Part shown: piece by piece, positions 43,813-57,013 of the stretch
How the letters are laid out: each line of letters opens with the position of its first letter
How positions within the stretch are numbered: the first letter of the stretch is position 1
Source: TPA_inf: Saccharomyces
Taxonomy: Eukaryota
DNA length: 64,000 nucleotides
NCBI GenBank assembly: GCA_000146045.2
Contig: BK006945.2
Location: 224,001 to 288,000, forward strand
Reading direction: 5' to 3'
The notes under the pieces: model-generated
Database searches by the model: none
What the model saw: only the letters and a program-made list of their open reading frames with translations
Told to the model about the DNA's origin: nothing
Made by a program: the position numbers and the translations under genes

Positions 43813-46710
43813 CTAGAATTTACTCACAGGTAATACTCTCTTAGATTTCCTCAGTTCTTTAAAATATGAAAGATGTCTCATTTCAATCTGTTCCCATTTA
43901 TTGATCTTGCTTCTTGGCATTAATAAGTAATCTTTCATAAAATACTTGTAATTTGATATGAAGTCACGTACCTGATCTTCTAAAGTTTTTAAATCATCAA
44001 TACCGTCCAAATATGTGTCTAACTGCCTCATTATACTGTTATATGTATCGCTTTTTAAGTATAGTCTGGGCTGAAATTTATTGGGCTCTTTTTCCTTCAT
44101 TTTTAATGTTGGCCAAGATTTATCACTGGACTGCGTCTTATCCTCGGATAGTTTCGTTAATAGTCTAAATTTATGGATCAAATTATACCCATGAATTAGT
44201 GTGTCATCAACGATTTTCATACCATACGAAAGGGTTCTTGGATCCTTAAATAACGCTTCTACAGCGCTGTTCCACGATATATTATCTAAAATAAAACCTT
44301 TTTCTCGCAATTTCTTCCACAGTAATGGCAGCTCATCGATTTTATTCATTGCAATCAACTGACTTACTTTATAAGGGAACAATCCGCTGAATATGCTTCT
44401 TAGTTTAATATTTGGCGTTGTAGATGATGGCAAGTTTTCAATGTTTTCAATACGATCCATGTATTTAGCGAAAAGTGTTTCGAAATCTTTCCATTGTTCA
44501 ATTTGAGCTAGTAATACCAACAATGATCTCATCATCACAAATTTATTATTATTTGATATCCAATCATGCTTTTTGAAGAAAAGCTCATTGTACCGGTTGT
44601 ATAACTCTAAAGCCCGCTGTGGGCTATCATGTTTCACAATCATTCTCATTGGCCATGCCATGACCGAGGGATGCAGTTTGTTATACGTAACGTCGAGAGT
44701 TCCATTGGCAGCATTTTCCATGATGTCTTCTACCATATTAATCGTTTCCTTGATTTCCTCATTATTTTGTAGGCTTTTTTTGGCAACGGCCTTCAATATA
44801 TAATATAAAATTTTGGAATTCGCTGGTACCTTATTCTGTGACATTGTCTTGTACAAGTTAATTATACCGTCACGATAACCCTCTTTGTCATATGCCTCCA
44901 TTATTATTTCAAAATGTGTAGCGTCCACCTTGATTACAGAATGTTTTATTAGTTGATCTATGATGCTCAATGCCGTTTCGCAATCTTCGTTCAGTGTAAC
45001 TAAAAATTTTATCATCATCTTGTAAAATTCACTGTTTACAGCCAGTTTTGAGGTTGTGATCTTGTCGAAAAGTTCTTCACACTTGTTGGCATTTCGTAAA
45101 CCAATATAAGCTTTGATGGCTTTGTTATACACTGAAATTAGACCATCTCTCCAAGATAAATTCTTTGAATGTTTTTCAAATAATGCTATTGCCTCTGTTG
45201 GCCTGTTACTCTCAATATATACATCCATCAATGCAGAGATACTTTTTCCAGTGTGTTGGATATTATAATGTTCAGTCATAAGGTTGAATAATTCTTGAGC
45301 GATTAAATGGTTCGTAGTTTTGCAACACATTTGTATCAATAAAGCAAAGTGCCCCTCCGTGATTTCCACGCTAGGATCCTCGCTTAGTCTTTTTAATATC
45401 CTAAACGCACCATCAAGGTCATTTAAACCACGATACACTTTAAGCATTATGGTATGCGTTGCTGTTGAAGGCGTTATGTCGTATTTCTTGAATAGTTCGA
45501 AGTGGCTAAAACAGGCTGCGAAATCTCCGACTTTATAATGTGCATATAGTAAAGATTGTAAAACAGCGTATGTCGGTATCATACCTCTCCTCAATAACTG
45601 TGTATATAGTTTATTGACACTATCCAATTCACCAATTCTGGCCATAGTATACATCAAAATACCATAATGTTGTATGGAAGGTAGCTTACCGATACCGAAA
45701 AGAGCATTGAACTGTTGTTGTAAGGCGTCCCAATTATGCAGCCTAGAATGAGCCACCAAAAGATAATCAAATTGGTTTTGGTCGTGCTGAGCATCAGGGT
45801 ATTTCCAATATGTTGACGAAACCAAATTAAACTTCTGCATGTGACAATACGTCTTTAGAATACACGTCAGGTCAGAACTCACTATCGGCAGGTTATGTTC
45901 GCACTTGTAATTCCAAACTGCTTCTGCAGAAGAAAATTTCCTAATATAAGTTAATAAGAACAACAACGTAGTTGCAAATTGAGACGCTATTGCGGGCCCT
46001 TGCGTTAGCTGAATTGCTTTCAAATAAGATAAATAATCGGGGCGAACATTTGATTGCCTCATGAATGATAAAAAGTTTCTCAAAACTATCTTGTTCTCCA
46101 TATAATTCGTAAATTCACAATGTCCATTCACTAGTTTCATCCATTTGACCCATTTATATACAGCTTCTTCATGCATATTCATTATAACCATCCTAGAGAA
46201 AATCGAGTTAATGAGGTCTATCACCATTGTCTTTTGTGTTAATAGAAACCGTTGTATGATATCAGAGATTGCCTGATCTAATTGAATACCTCTTTGTAAA
46301 ATCAATAAAGAGAGAAGGAACTTTTTCAATTCAGGTAATGAGGCATCCTGTTTTAACAATCTTTGTGAACCAATAGTGGTATAAAGAAACTTCTGTGCAA
46401 TTTTTATAACGTTCCCATAGGCCTGGTGCCGATAAAGATACTTTATAAGGTACTGTCGTTCAAATGTTGTGGTAGCTGAATTACTTGTTATTGATGTTGT
46501 TGCTTTCTTTGTTAATCCACTGCCAACCGACTTTAGAGGAACACTTCCGCGCGCCATAAAATATGAGACCAGGTTTCTCTCATCCTGTGAGCATAATGGT
46601 GACGTCGATTTATCTCGAAGCAGCTTCCTTATATGATCAGGTACGCCGGTACTCCATATACCCTTCTTATAATTATAATTTCTTAATACGGCAGGAGCAC
46701 ACCTTTTCAT
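43813..46710 (-). CDS. PET309: Mitochondrial translational activator of COX1, PPR repeats (YLR067C)
   Basis: 965 aa from [23 protein letters not shown]... Helical-repeat (PPR-like) protein. The track begins 12 codons upstream (977 aa). Confidence 0.85.
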
Positions 46711-47007
46711 AATGGCCAAAAAGCGTGTTTCAGTATACTCCAACACCCTTAATCACTTAAATTCGAAGCTTTGTACACTATTGCGGCCTCTTTCCTGGGT
46801 ATCGAGGCTGCGTTAGCGTCACCTAGAAATCCCACTTTAACTTACACTACATGATTTTTTATTTTTATTTCTCTATTGGCCCGAAAAGTTACTTTTCCTT
46901 CAAACAATGAAAAATTTCAAAATCAAACCTCATCGCGATAGTATTAAAAGTGCTTTCACAAGAATGATACAGGAAGGTGGTCAAGTAAGCAACTGAGCAA
47001 AATCAAT

Positions 47008-47463
47008 ATGGGTACAGCCAAGCAAAATCAAAATAGAAAGAAGTTTACGAGGGAGTATAAGGTTAAGGAGATCCAAAGAAGTATTACAAAGAAAACTAGA
47101 CTGAGAAAGGAATACCTTAAAGCTTTAAAAGATGAAGGGTATGCCGTACCAGAAAAGGAACCAAAAACCGTGGCAAAAGAATCTGTAAGGAAGATTAAGG
47201 AAGCCAGGGCAATAGAGGGAAAGAAGAAACTAGACGAGAAGAAGGAGATCAAGAAACAAAGAAAGAGAATGCAAAAAGATGAATTAAACAAGCAAAGAAA
47301 CGAGCAATTGGAAAGAATCAGAGTTTCGAAGGAAAAATTTCAGAGGAGAGAAGATAGAAAGAAGAAATTGACTCAAAGAACAAGGACAGGCCAGCCCTTG
47401 ATGGGCCCTAAGATAGAGGATCTTTTGGATAAAATTAAGACGGATGATACTTATACCTCCTAG
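47008..47463 (+). CDS. FYV7: Nucleolar Lys/Arg-rich protein for 35S pre-rRNA processing (YLR068W)
   Basis: 151-aa highly basic ORF MGTAKQNQNRKKFTREYKVKEIQRSITKKTRLRKEYLKALKDEGY... It ends with a TAG stop. Confidence 0.85.
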   Translation: MGTAKQNQNRKKFTREYKVKEIQRSITKKTRLRKEYLKALKDEGYAVPEKEPKTVAKESVRKIKEARAIEGKKKLDEKKEIKKQRKRMQKDELNKQRNEQLERIRVSKEKFQRREDRKKKLTQRTRTGQPLMGPKIEDLLDKIKTDDTYTS

Positions 47464-47629
47464 ATAATGATATTCTTCAAAATTTCTTTTCATTCGTGTA
47501 TTTACAGAAAGATCTTTTTATTTAAATTTACTTAATTAGTGTGTATATTAATTTTATTTCCTGCCTTTTGTTAATTCCTTTTTATTGGAATTTGTTATTT
47601 ACAAGACTGTTTTGCCCATGAGGACTTGA

Positions 47630-49915
47630 CTATTTCTTCGCTTGCTTCTTTTGGAACTCAGATATCAATTCTTTTTGAACATGGGGCGCTGTTGGAGCGT
47701 AATGACTAAACTCTAATGAAAACTCACCTTTACCTTGAGTCGAGGCTCTTAATGAGGTGGCGAAACCGAACATCGTGCTCAAGGCACATTCTGCTTTTAA
47801 TGTAAATTCATCATGACCATTTTCGGTATCCTGTATTACTGCTTGTAATTTATTCAATAAACCGATGACGTTACCTTGAAACTCGTTTGGCGATGTTACT
47901 GAAACATTCATGATAGGTTCCATGATCACCGGCTGTGCCCTCAGGAAGGCGTCACGGAAGGCTGACATAGTAGCTGTTTTGAATGATAATTCATTAGAAT
48001 CCACGGCATGAATAGCACCATCATTGATTAGCATTTTAACATCCAAAACACGATGACCGATCAATGGTCCCTTTTCACATACTTCTTCAAAACCCTTACC
48101 ACATGCAGCCAAATACTTGTCCGGTATACGGCCACCAACAATAGCGGTCTCGAATATGTTGCCTTTGGTAATGTCATCCACGGGAGATAAGGTACCGATA
48201 ACTCTACCATATTGACCAGCGCCACCAGATTGTTTTTTATGTGTATAATCAAAATCTGCCGGGATGGTGATAGATTCTCTATAGGAAACCTGCGGTTTAC
48301 CCGTGACACAGTCCACATTATATTCACGTCTCATTCTTTCAACGTAAATCTCCAGATGCAATTCACCCATCCCAGAAATAATTGTTTCTTTAGATTCAGG
48401 ATCGAACTTCACTCTGAATGTAGGGTCTTCCTTTTGAAATCTGTTCAAAGCCTTCGAAAAATTCGATGCGTCCTTTGAATTTGGCGTAATCGATAACGAG
48501 ACAACAGCATCTGGAACATACATGGATGACATAGAGTATTGAACGCTACCATCAGTGAATGTATCTCCAGAAGCACAGTCAATACCAAAAGTAGCGCAAA
48601 TTTCACCTGAGCCAACTTCATCAACATCTTCCATCTCACTAGAATGCATCCTGACCAATCTTGCAACCTTCACTTTTTTACCAGTCTTTACATTTGTAAT
48701 GTAATTACCTTTTCTTAAACGCCCCTGATATACGCGAACATAAGTCAATTGACCATATTTGCCTTCTTCCAATTTGAATGCCAATCCAACAAATGGCTGT
48801 TGCACCGCAGGAACTAAGTTAACCTTGGCTTCGTTGTTGCTCACATCTAGAGCTGTATTCAACACTTCAGAGGGATTAGGTAAGTAGTCTACAATAGCGT
48901 CCAAAACGGGCTGAATACCAGTATTTGCCAGTGCGGATCCCATCAAAACTGGTGTAAAAGACCTAGCAATTGTAGATCTGCGAATAGCATCTTTAATTTG
49001 TTGCGTGGTAGGCTCCTTTTCTTCCAAAAACATTTCTGCCATTTCATCATCCACATCAGCAAGTGTTTCGATCAAAAGTTGTCTTTTTTCCTCCATTAAT
49101 GGCTTCAAATTTTCAGGCACTGGCCCTTTTTCTATAATTTCACCATTATCACCCTTGTTGTAAATAGCAACTCTATTAATCAAATCAACGACACCAGATA
49201 AGCTTGATTCCGATCCGATAGGAATTTGTACAGCAGCAGCAGGTATTTTTAGTTTCGAATTAAGTTGTTCTATTGCACGGAAGGGATCTGAACCCATACG
49301 ATCCATTTTGTTGATGAAAGTTACTCTTGGAACATTATATCTACGCATTTGACGATCCACGGTCACAGTTTGGGATTGAACACCTGAAACAGCACAAACA
49401 ACAAGAACTGCACCGTCTAGTACTCTAAGAGCACGCTCCACTTCGATAGTGAAATCAATATGACCTGGAGTGTCGATCAAGTTGAAATGATAGTTTTTGC
49501 CCTCTTTATCCCAAGAGCAGTAAGTAGCGGCAGACTGAATAGTAATACCCTTTTCCCTTTCAAGATCCATAGAATCCATCTTGGCTCCAACATTATCCCT
49601 ACCACGAACCTCATGAATGGCTTTGATTCTTTTTGTATAGTACAGAACACGTTCAGTGAAAGTAGTTTTTCCGGAGTCAATATGAGCAGATATACCTATG
49701 TTACGCAATTTATTACATCTTCCAATATCGTCTGGAGTAAGTTTTTGTTTGATTTCATCCACCAAAACTTTTTCTTCTTCATATGTAGAACGAGCAAGTG
49801 GACTCTCATGAAAAGACCTTCTCGAGAAACCTGAAAAAACTTTTGAACATGTGAAAAAGGGTATTCTACCTCCAACCATTTTTCGAGGCACCCACATCAT
49901 TTTCTGGACACTCAT
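47630..49915 (-). CDS. MEF1: Mitochondrial elongation factor G (YLR069C)
   Basis: 761-aa ORF with an N-terminal presequence and the GTPase G-motifs [14 protein letters not shown] and NKMD. EF-G domain organisation. Confidence 0.95.
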   Translation of the reverse strand: MSVQKMMWVPRKMVGGRIPFFTCSKVFSGFSRRSFHESPLARSTYEEEKVLVDEIKQKLTPDDIGRCNKLRNIGISAHIDSGKTTFTERVLYYTKRIKAIHEVRGRDNVGAKMDSMDLEREKGITIQSAATYCSWDKEGKNYHFNLIDTPGHIDFTIEVERALRVLDGAVLVVCAVSGVQSQTVTVDRQMRRYNVPRVTFINKMDRMGSDPFRAIEQLNSKLKIPAAAVQIPIGSESSLSGVVDLINRVAIYNKGDNGEIIEKGPVPENLKPLMEEKRQLLIETLADVDDEMAEMFLEEKEPTTQQIKDAIRRSTIARSFTPVLMGSALANTGIQPVLDAIVDYLPNPSEVLNTALDVSNNEAKVNLVPAVQQPFVGLAFKLEEGKYGQLTYVRVYQGRLRKGNYITNVKTGKKVKVARLVRMHSSEMEDVDEVGSGEICATFGIDCASGDTFTDGSVQYSMSSMYVPDAVVSLSITPNSKDASNFSKALNRFQKEDPTFRVKFDPESKETIISGMGELHLEIYVERMRREYNVDCVTGKPQVSYRESITIPADFDYTHKKQSGGAGQYGRVIGTLSPVDDITKGNIFETAIVGGRIPDKYLAACGKGFEEVCEKGPLIGHRVLDVKMLINDGAIHAVDSNELSFKTATMSAFRDAFLRAQPVIMEPIMNVSVTSPNEFQGNVIGLLNKLQAVIQDTENGHDEFTLKAECALSTMFGFATSLRASTQGKGEFSLEFSHYAPTAPHVQKELISEFQKKQAKK

Positions 49916-50140
49916 ATTGGTGATATATTGCAGTGCTTTCTACCTTCTTCCGTTTCAATCTCCTTTATTAAATCTCGTTTTTTAGATATTTTCATCTTGG
50001 AAATTTCGGCCGCTTGTGAAGTTCCATCCCCACAATAATAATGCAAAGTTATCATATTAATATATATATATATAAAAGACATATAAAAAAAATCAAATGT
50101 ATTGTGCATCTTGGATGCCAAAAGTTACATTTTCTTTCCT

Positions 50141-51211
50141 TCATTCCGGGCCCTCAATGATCGTCTTGATATTATTTAACGGGTGGTGGCTTGTTTCTTC
50201 GAATGCCTCGACAGCATCCTTAAAGCTATAGCGATGTGTAATGAATGGTTTAAGCGAGAGTTTTCTGCTAGAGACTAGCTCGATGGAGTCACTATAATCA
50301 CCTTGACAGTATCGGAAACAGCCTTGGAATGTCAGTTCTTTTGTTGGAATGATCGAGATGGGAAATTGTATTTCCTCTTGTCCCATTCCAACTTGAACGA
50401 TCGTTCCACCTGCCTTACAGACTTCGATGCCTGCTCGAACGCAAGGCTCTGCACCAGAACATTCAAACACAACGTCAGCACCTTTCTTGCCGATTGCTTT
50501 TTTTATAACACTATCTACAGTAACGCCATGTGGGAGATCACCTGAGTTGACGATGTGGGTGGCACCAAACTGCCTAGCCGTTTCCAGCTTGTTTTCTAAT
50601 AGATCTACAAAAACAACATCTGCAGCACCAAAGACACTGGCTACTTTCCCGGCTAGCAAACCTATGGGCCCAGCTCCAAAGACGACGCAACGGGCTCCAA
50701 ACTTGATCTTTGCTAATTTATTAGCATGGATTGCCACTGATAATGGCTCTATTAGTGCTCCTTCCTCGAATGACACATCATCAGGAAGTTTATAGACGAA
50801 ATCTTTCATGGTCTTATAATACTTTGTCAAGGTCCCATCAAAGGGAGGTGTCGCAGCAAATTTTAAATTGGGGTCCAGGTTGTATCTGCCCTCTTTCATC
50901 TCCGGTGAAAACCTGTCAGGTATTCCGGGCTCAAGTGCCACCCTATCTCCTACTTTAAGTGTCTTGACGTTCTCACCTATGAGGGCCACTATTCCTGATG
51001 ATTCATGTCCCAGCACCATTGGTGATTCTACCACGTAATTGGCTATTCTTCCATGGGTATAGTAATGGATATCTGACCCGCATATTCCTGTCGCCTTGAT
51101 CTGGATGATTACTTCGTTAGGATCTGAAATCTTTGGGATGCTGACATTAGTTAGGGTGATTTTACCAGGTCGCTCTAGAACAATAGCTTCTTGTGTAGTT
51201 AAGTCAGTCAT
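50141..51211 (-). CDS. XYL2: Xylitol/sorbitol dehydrogenase, Zn-dependent MDR family (YLR070C)
   Basis: 356 aa from MTDLTTQEAIVLERPGKITLTNVSIPKISDPNEVIIQIKATGICGSDIHYY... The Rossmann motif is GAGPIGL. The track starts 2 codons upstream. Confidence 0.9.
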   Translation of the reverse strand: MTDLTTQEAIVLERPGKITLTNVSIPKISDPNEVIIQIKATGICGSDIHYYTHGRIANYVVESPMVLGHESSGIVALIGENVKTLKVGDRVALEPGIPDRFSPEMKEGRYNLDPNLKFAATPPFDGTLTKYYKTMKDFVYKLPDDVSFEEGALIEPLSVAIHANKLAKIKFGARCVVFGAGPIGLLAGKVASVFGAADVVFVDLLENKLETARQFGATHIVNSGDLPHGVTVDSVIKKAIGKKGADVVFECSGAEPCVRAGIEVCKAGGTIVQVGMGQEEIQFPISIIPTKELTFQGCFRYCQGDYSDSIELVSSRKLSLKPFITHRYSFKDAVEAFEETSHHPLNNIKTIIEGPE

Positions 51212-51377
51212 GCTCAATGGTGTTCTCTATCCTCAAGGCAGTATGAATATGTCTTTTTAGTGTGTATGGATATATTTATGTATATACTTATACAGTTTTC
51301 AATTTTATTTTGAATTAATTCAGGAGAGGGGTTACAATCTCCTAAGGGATAGTAGCGCCGGTGACATTTTATTCGCT

Positions 51378-54300
51378 CTAAGATGAACTTGAGTTCGAGT
51401 CCACTTTGAGGATATTATGGATTTCCATTAGGATAGGCTCTATCTCACTGGGATCGCAAGCCACGCCATTGCCCAAACGAATGGCATGTGATGCGTTTGC
51501 GGGTTTGACAGATTCTGGGGTACCTAATCTCTTAGTATCCAGCATAAATACTTGATTTCTCACTTGATGCATCATTGGATAGGCGGGAGATTTCGTGGTT
51601 ATGTGTGCTACGTCTGCAAAATGAATGTGAAATTGAATTTTATCACGGCCGTTATGCAAAACAGTTTTCAATTCTATACATATTGTAATCTTAGTGCCTG
51701 CCTGAGGGTTATAATATACTATCTGATACTCGTTTAGATTATGCAACCCAATGTTCACCATAGTGGAGTACTGACTTCCACTCTCATGGAATTTGCCCCC
51801 TCTTTCATTGAGAATTACTTTTAGAGCTTTAAACAAGGATGACGTGAATTGTAGGTAGCTAAAAATAAAATGATAATCCATTTTCGAATTATCTAAGAAA
51901 GGTTGAATTATATGTTGTGGGTTTGAAGGTGATAGTTGAACTGTCAGATTTTTAATAGAGTCGTCATTCGTTGATATCTTTATTGTGCAGTCTTTATCAT
52001 CTTCGTCATTATTGGAGAGATACTTGAAGGAAATTTCATTCGGTTGTAATGCAATTATCTTGAAGTTTTCGGACTCAAAATTCTTGTGCAATCTTTCCAC
52101 GACATCCGTTAGTACAACCAATTGCATCAATTTTTGCCTAAATTTGGTTAGATATTGCACTATTATACCAAGATTTGTAAAACTCTCCTCCAAATAAAAG
52201 GCTAACGGTTCTTCTTGTACAAAATGAATGTATAGTTTATCAATCTGGCATTGAATCATCATTGTGTTTCTTTTAAATTTAGCATACAATCGTATTTGGG
52301 AATTGGAGTAATCTATCCTCAGAAACATGGAACTTTCTAATATGGAGTTCAGCGCTTTTGAACCTTCCAAAAATGACTCCAATTCTAGAGTTATTATTGA
52401 TATGTTATCATTAGTATTACTTCCTTGGATAATATATTGAGGTAGTTTTTGCTCGTTGATCATTTCAGAAGAACAAATCTTATTGCGAATTTCTAGTTGG
52501 TTCAAAGAATCGATCAACATATGGTTTATAATTCTGTTTAAAATAGTTCTTTGCAATATCATAATTTTTTGATATGTTATTGACTCCAATTTGACAGTCA
52601 TCACGTTGGAATTGTCTAAATATTTGAGATTCCATTTCCCACGTTGAGAGACAATTTTACCGATTCTTTTTTCCACCACACATGATGTTTTAGAGGATAT
52701 TATCGATAAAATCAAATACCAGTTGAGCGGCCAATGTGGTAGTCTGATAAATAGGTCCCTTTGTAATAACAAGGAAACATCACTATTAGTAGTGCTGTTA
52801 CCAGCAATAGCATATTTATTATCTTCTTTTTTAACAACGCTTTCGCCGCCAGTATTCACTTGAGTCCTGATTGGTTTATCAATCTTAATAATCCTGCTGC
52901 ATGACCATCCCGTGTTTTCAAACATGGTGGTTAAAACATGAATAATCTTGTCCAGTTTCAGCTGCTGTAGTATTCTTGCCAATTCCTCTGGACCTTCAGC
53001 TCTATTTATCTTTGACGCGTAATTTGATAATAGTGGAGTAGGATTCCTAAAATAAAACTGCCCGCTCAATAAATCAATTTTTAATTGAATAGGCGCCATG
53101 GAAACACATGTGGTAGGGAGTTGAAATAATAGAACATCCGAATTTTCTTCGTCTTCTTGGAATATATCCCTTGCCAACAGCTCCGATCTGATGATTCTAG
53201 CATGATTGAACATAATTTCATCCAAAATCCCTTCGATATTAGATACAATATTGTTATAAATTACAGGCATATTTTTGGCCCTTGATGCACTCTGGTTGTC
53301 CCATTTTAAGATAAGACTTTCTGTTGTTCTTTGAATGCCAATAGTGATCTTACCCTTACTGTCCATTTTCCCATTCAGCCAATATCTAACTGTAATTGTA
53401 CTTTTTTTAGAGTCATAGTTATGGATCAAATTACTTTTGGAAAATTTACCGCCGTTGGCCAGCTTTAAAAACTCTCTATGAACCATGTATAGCTGTAATG
53501 TCAACACGTATTTGTGCAGAAAATTGTATAGGGATAATAATGGATCATTACTTTTCAAAAGAATTTCATTGATCAACTTCTCTAATCTTGGCTTATTCAA
53601 AGGAAGGTTATTTCCGTTGGAACTTGAGTTTTCTTCATTGTTCTCACTATCGCCGTTAGTCGAAGTAGCTTCTGTAACTGCTGAAACAGTTTGTTCAGCT
53701 TCCGTGTTAAACAACAATTTTAAATCCACAAAAAACAGAGGGGACTGTCTATTAACAGTCGATAACTGGATTTCAAATTCATTAGGGACAGTAAAGTAGA
53801 TTCTACCGTTTTTGATATGATAGCTGTTTAATGGTTTAGGAATGTTCATTAATGCAATTTTTATTGAGACAGTCAAGTTCAAATCTTTTAATCTCTGTAA
53901 AATCAATCCAATGGGAACTTTGGCCATTCCATCTACCATATCCATAGAGTTACTGACACCGCTTAATTTAAAGTTGTGTGTAGGTAGATTTGGCCTCCCA
54001 AGACTCAAAACTTCCAAAGCGGTGACCAAATCCACGTTGGGCAATTTAGCATTGGTCATAGAGTTTAGACTGCTTTTCAAAGCCCAAATACAATTGTTGA
54101 CATTCATGTTAGTCGTTCTAAACCAGTTCAACAGATCGATTAGTACGTGAAAGTTGTTTTGTTTTATAGTACGGGTCCATTTCACAAGCACGTAAAGTTT
54201 CAAAAATTGTGTCCTTAGGAATATAATCAGCTGTAAGAAACGTATTTTCTTTGCGGAGTTAGGCTCATTTGCCTGGGTGTGAACATTAGTTTTCATGTAC

Positions 54301-54626
54301 TGAGCAAGTTCCTTCATTGTAAATACCGTCAAGTTCCTTATTACTAATGCCAGACTGACTTGATTAATCTCAACATGCGGCAACGCTGGCGGAGGCGCAC
54401 TTGTCATAGTCGCTGCACTTGTATCTTTCGGTACCATTTCTAGAGATTCTTTTTGGGTGGCCGTAGTTTCCGGGTCGGTTGCAGAAGGGCCATGCAGTTG
54501 AGTGTTCTTAACGGGACCCTGTTGCTCTTGCCCATTCTGCTCGGACCGGTTCTTCAGTGCGTGCATCTCGTTAGAAAGTCTCTCCTCATTAGCCAGCATT
54601 TGTGGGGATCCTATCGTGGTAGTCAT
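51378..54626 (-). CDS. RGR1: Mediator complex subunit Med14 (YLR071C)
   Basis: 1082-aa ORF MTTTIGSPQMLANEERLSNEMHALKNRSEQNGQEQQGP... The length matches RGR1. Confidence 0.9.
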   Translation of the reverse strand: MTTTIGSPQMLANEERLSNEMHALKNRSEQNGQEQQGPVKNTQLHGPSATDPETTATQKESLEMVPKDTSAATMTSAPPPALPHVEINQVSLALVIRNLTVFTMKELAQYMKTNVHTQANEPNSAKKIRFLQLIIFLRTQFLKLYVLVKWTRTIKQNNFHVLIDLLNWFRTTNMNVNNCIWALKSSLNSMTNAKLPNVDLVTALEVLSLGRPNLPTHNFKLSGVSNSMDMVDGMAKVPIGLILQRLKDLNLTVSIKIALMNIPKPLNSYHIKNGRIYFTVPNEFEIQLSTVNRQSPLFFVDLKLLFNTEAEQTVSAVTEATSTNGDSENNEENSSSNGNNLPLNKPRLEKLINEILLKSNDPLLSLYNFLHKYVLTLQLYMVHREFLKLANGGKFSKSNLIHNYDSKKSTITVRYWLNGKMDSKGKITIGIQRTTESLILKWDNQSASRAKNMPVIYNNIVSNIEGILDEIMFNHARIIRSELLARDIFQEDEENSDVLLFQLPTTCVSMAPIQLKIDLLSGQFYFRNPTPLLSNYASKINRAEGPEELARILQQLKLDKIIHVLTTMFENTGWSCSRIIKIDKPIRTQVNTGGESVVKKEDNKYAIAGNSTTNSDVSLLLQRDLFIRLPHWPLNWYLILSIISSKTSCVVEKRIGKIVSQRGKWNLKYLDNSNVMTVKLESITYQKIMILQRTILNRIINHMLIDSLNQLEIRNKICSSEMINEQKLPQYIIQGSNTNDNISIITLELESFLEGSKALNSILESSMFLRIDYSNSQIRLYAKFKRNTMMIQCQIDKLYIHFVQEEPLAFYLEESFTNLGIIVQYLTKFRQKLMQLVVLTDVVERLHKNFESENFKIIALQPNEISFKYLSNNDEDDKDCTIKISTNDDSIKNLTVQLSPSNPQHIIQPFLDNSKMDYHFIFSYLQFTSSLFKALKVILNERGGKFHESGSQYSTMVNIGLHNLNEYQIVYYNPQAGTKITICIELKTVLHNGRDKIQFHIHFADVAHITTKSPAYPMMHQVRNQVFMLDTKRLGTPESVKPANASHAIRLGNGVACDPSEIEPILMEIHNILKVDSNSSSS

Positions 54627-54861
54627 TGCCCAGCCAAGAAAACCCTATACTTTCCTGCCACTTTTTAACTCTTTTTCTGATGATCTTTACAACAGACCTC
54701 TACTAAACAATTGAAAAATTCACCGTTTTTACTTGAACCAGCGACCGTGCGATGGGACAATCGTTTAGTTAACAATAAGCGGGACAAAGTAATTAAATTT
54801 AGTGGCATCTAGAGAGAATAATTGAACGCAATGAAGAGAGCATGGTACGTTGAATTGTAGA

Positions 54862-56943
54862 ATGTGGGGGGATAGTATGCGCGAGCTTGGTGACGCTATG
54901 GATAATGAGTTGAATGCAGTGAAGCCGGTGGTGGAAGAAGGTGGCATGGATGGTGCCAGAAAATTTATTAAGGGTAAGAGCTTTCAGAAGTCTTCTACCG
55001 AACATATGTTGATTTCGCCCGGTAGGGATGGTTCAGTGCCATTGAATGGGTTGAAATCGTCGCCGGCAGACCCGCACTTGTCTGATGTTAATTCTATCTT
55101 GGACAATCATCGTGGCGGTGGCGAGACAGCTTTGACGTCTGTAAATAATATTATCATGGCCACTTCGACGAATGGGGACAGTGATGGGGTTGATGGAGAT
55201 GCCAAGAGGCCGTCTATTTCTAACTGTTCGTCGAGATCATCATTTTTTGACACCGTACTGAGCACGTTTTCCCTAAAATCAAATTCACAAGATACGGTTA
55301 CTAATGAAGTCAAAAATATTGAGGTCCAGTTTGCATCCGAGGAGGCTAATAAAAAATTCCGCCAAATGTTCAAGCCATTAGCTCCTAATACGAGACTTAT
55401 TACGGACTACTTCTGCTACTTCCACAGAGAATTCCCCTATCAGGGCAGAATCTATCTCTCCAACACACATTTATGTTTCAACTCAACCGTGTTGAACTGG
55501 ATGGCAAAGTTACAGATTCCCTTGAATGAAATTAAATATTTAGATAAGGTCACCACAAATTCAAGTGCTATTTCGGTGGAAACCGTGACTAACAGGTACA
55601 CTTTTTCCGGATTCATAGCGAGAGACGAGGTTTTCCAATTGATTACAAGAGTTTGGTCAAAGGAAAACTTAACCAATATCAATGACGTTTTGGAGGTTGA
55701 TGAGAGGGTCTCCAAGAAAAAGGGAATATCATCGACCCCTTCTTCCATATTCAACAATGTTTCTACCAATGCATATAACGATTTCATATCGACAACCACT
55801 ACTGAACCAACAAGCAGGGCTTCCTACATGAGCGAGAACGACATGCTCATCGAGGAGGCCATAAGGTCCGTGGACGATTACATGGGCACACCAAGAGCAT
55901 CGCCATCTTCTTCATCTTCGTCGTCATCGTCGTCATCGTCTTTAGGCTCTTCAACAACTTATTATTGTAGGCCCGTATATAGGTTAAAGCCAAACGCACC
56001 ATTTCAATATGAGGGGCCATTCCATGTACAAGAAACCATGGACTTTCCTTATAAACCTGAGGCTAATAATGAATACGTGCTTCTGGAACGTCAATTCAGC
56101 GTTCCACCCGGCCTACTTTTCATTATGATGTTCAATGAAGATAATCCAGTTTTTGAGTTAAGCTTTTTGAAAACTCAAGATTCGTCCAACATCTCACACA
56201 TAGGGACTTTTGAAAAAGTCAATAAAGATGGACAACATTACAGAGAATTCCAATACACCAAACAGCTGCATTTCCCTGTGGGGCCCAAATCCACAAACTG
56301 TGAGGTAGCGGAAATTCTTTTACACTGCGACTGGGAAAGGTACATAAATGTTTTAAGTATAACAAGAACACCAAATGTTCCTAGTGGTACCAGTTTCAGC
56401 ACCAGAACGAGGTACATGTTCCGATGGGATGACCAGGGGCAAGGTTGCATATTAAAAATAAGTTTTTGGGTGGACTGGAACGCATCCAGTTGGATCAAGC
56501 CAATGGTAGAGAGCAATTGTAAAAATGGACAAATTAGCGCCACTAAGGACTTGGTAAAGTTAGTCGAAGAATTTGTAGAGAAATACGTGGAATTGAGCAA
56601 AGAAAAAGCAGATACACTCAAGCCGTTGCCCAGTGTTACATCTTTTGGATCACCTAGGAAAGTGGCAGCACCGGAGCTGACGATGGTACAGCCGGAGTCG
56701 AAACCAGAAGCTGAGGCGGAAATCTCAGAAATAGGCAGCGACAGATGGAGGTTTAACTGGGTGAACATAATAATCTTGGTGCTCTTGGTGTTAAATCTGC
56801 TGTATTTAATGAAGTTGAACAAGAAGATGGATAAGCTGACGAACCTCATGACCCACAAGGACGAAGTTGTAGCGCACGCGACTCTATTGGACATACCAGC
56901 CAAAGTACAATGGTCAAGACCAAGAAGGGGAGACGTGTTGTAA
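54862..56943 (+). CDS. LAM6: Sterol transfer protein at membrane contact sites, GRAM and VASt/StART-like domains, C-terminal TM (YLR072W)
   Basis: 693 aa from [16 protein letters not shown]... (the track starts 4 codons upstream at 54850). Contains a poly-Ser run and a C-terminal hydrophobic anchor [19 protein letters not shown]. Confidence 0.8.
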
Positions 56944-56996
56944 CAGAGTAATCATGTAATATTGTATGTAAGGTTATGTATGTTCGTATGGTATGG

Positions 56997-57013
56997 AAAA
57001 AAAAAAAAAAAAA
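56997..57013. repeat. A17 homopolymer in a 75-bp convergent gap
   Basis: ggaaaaaaaaaaaaaaaaaggatgc between the LAM6 stop (56943) and the RFU1 stop (57019). Confidence 0.85.
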
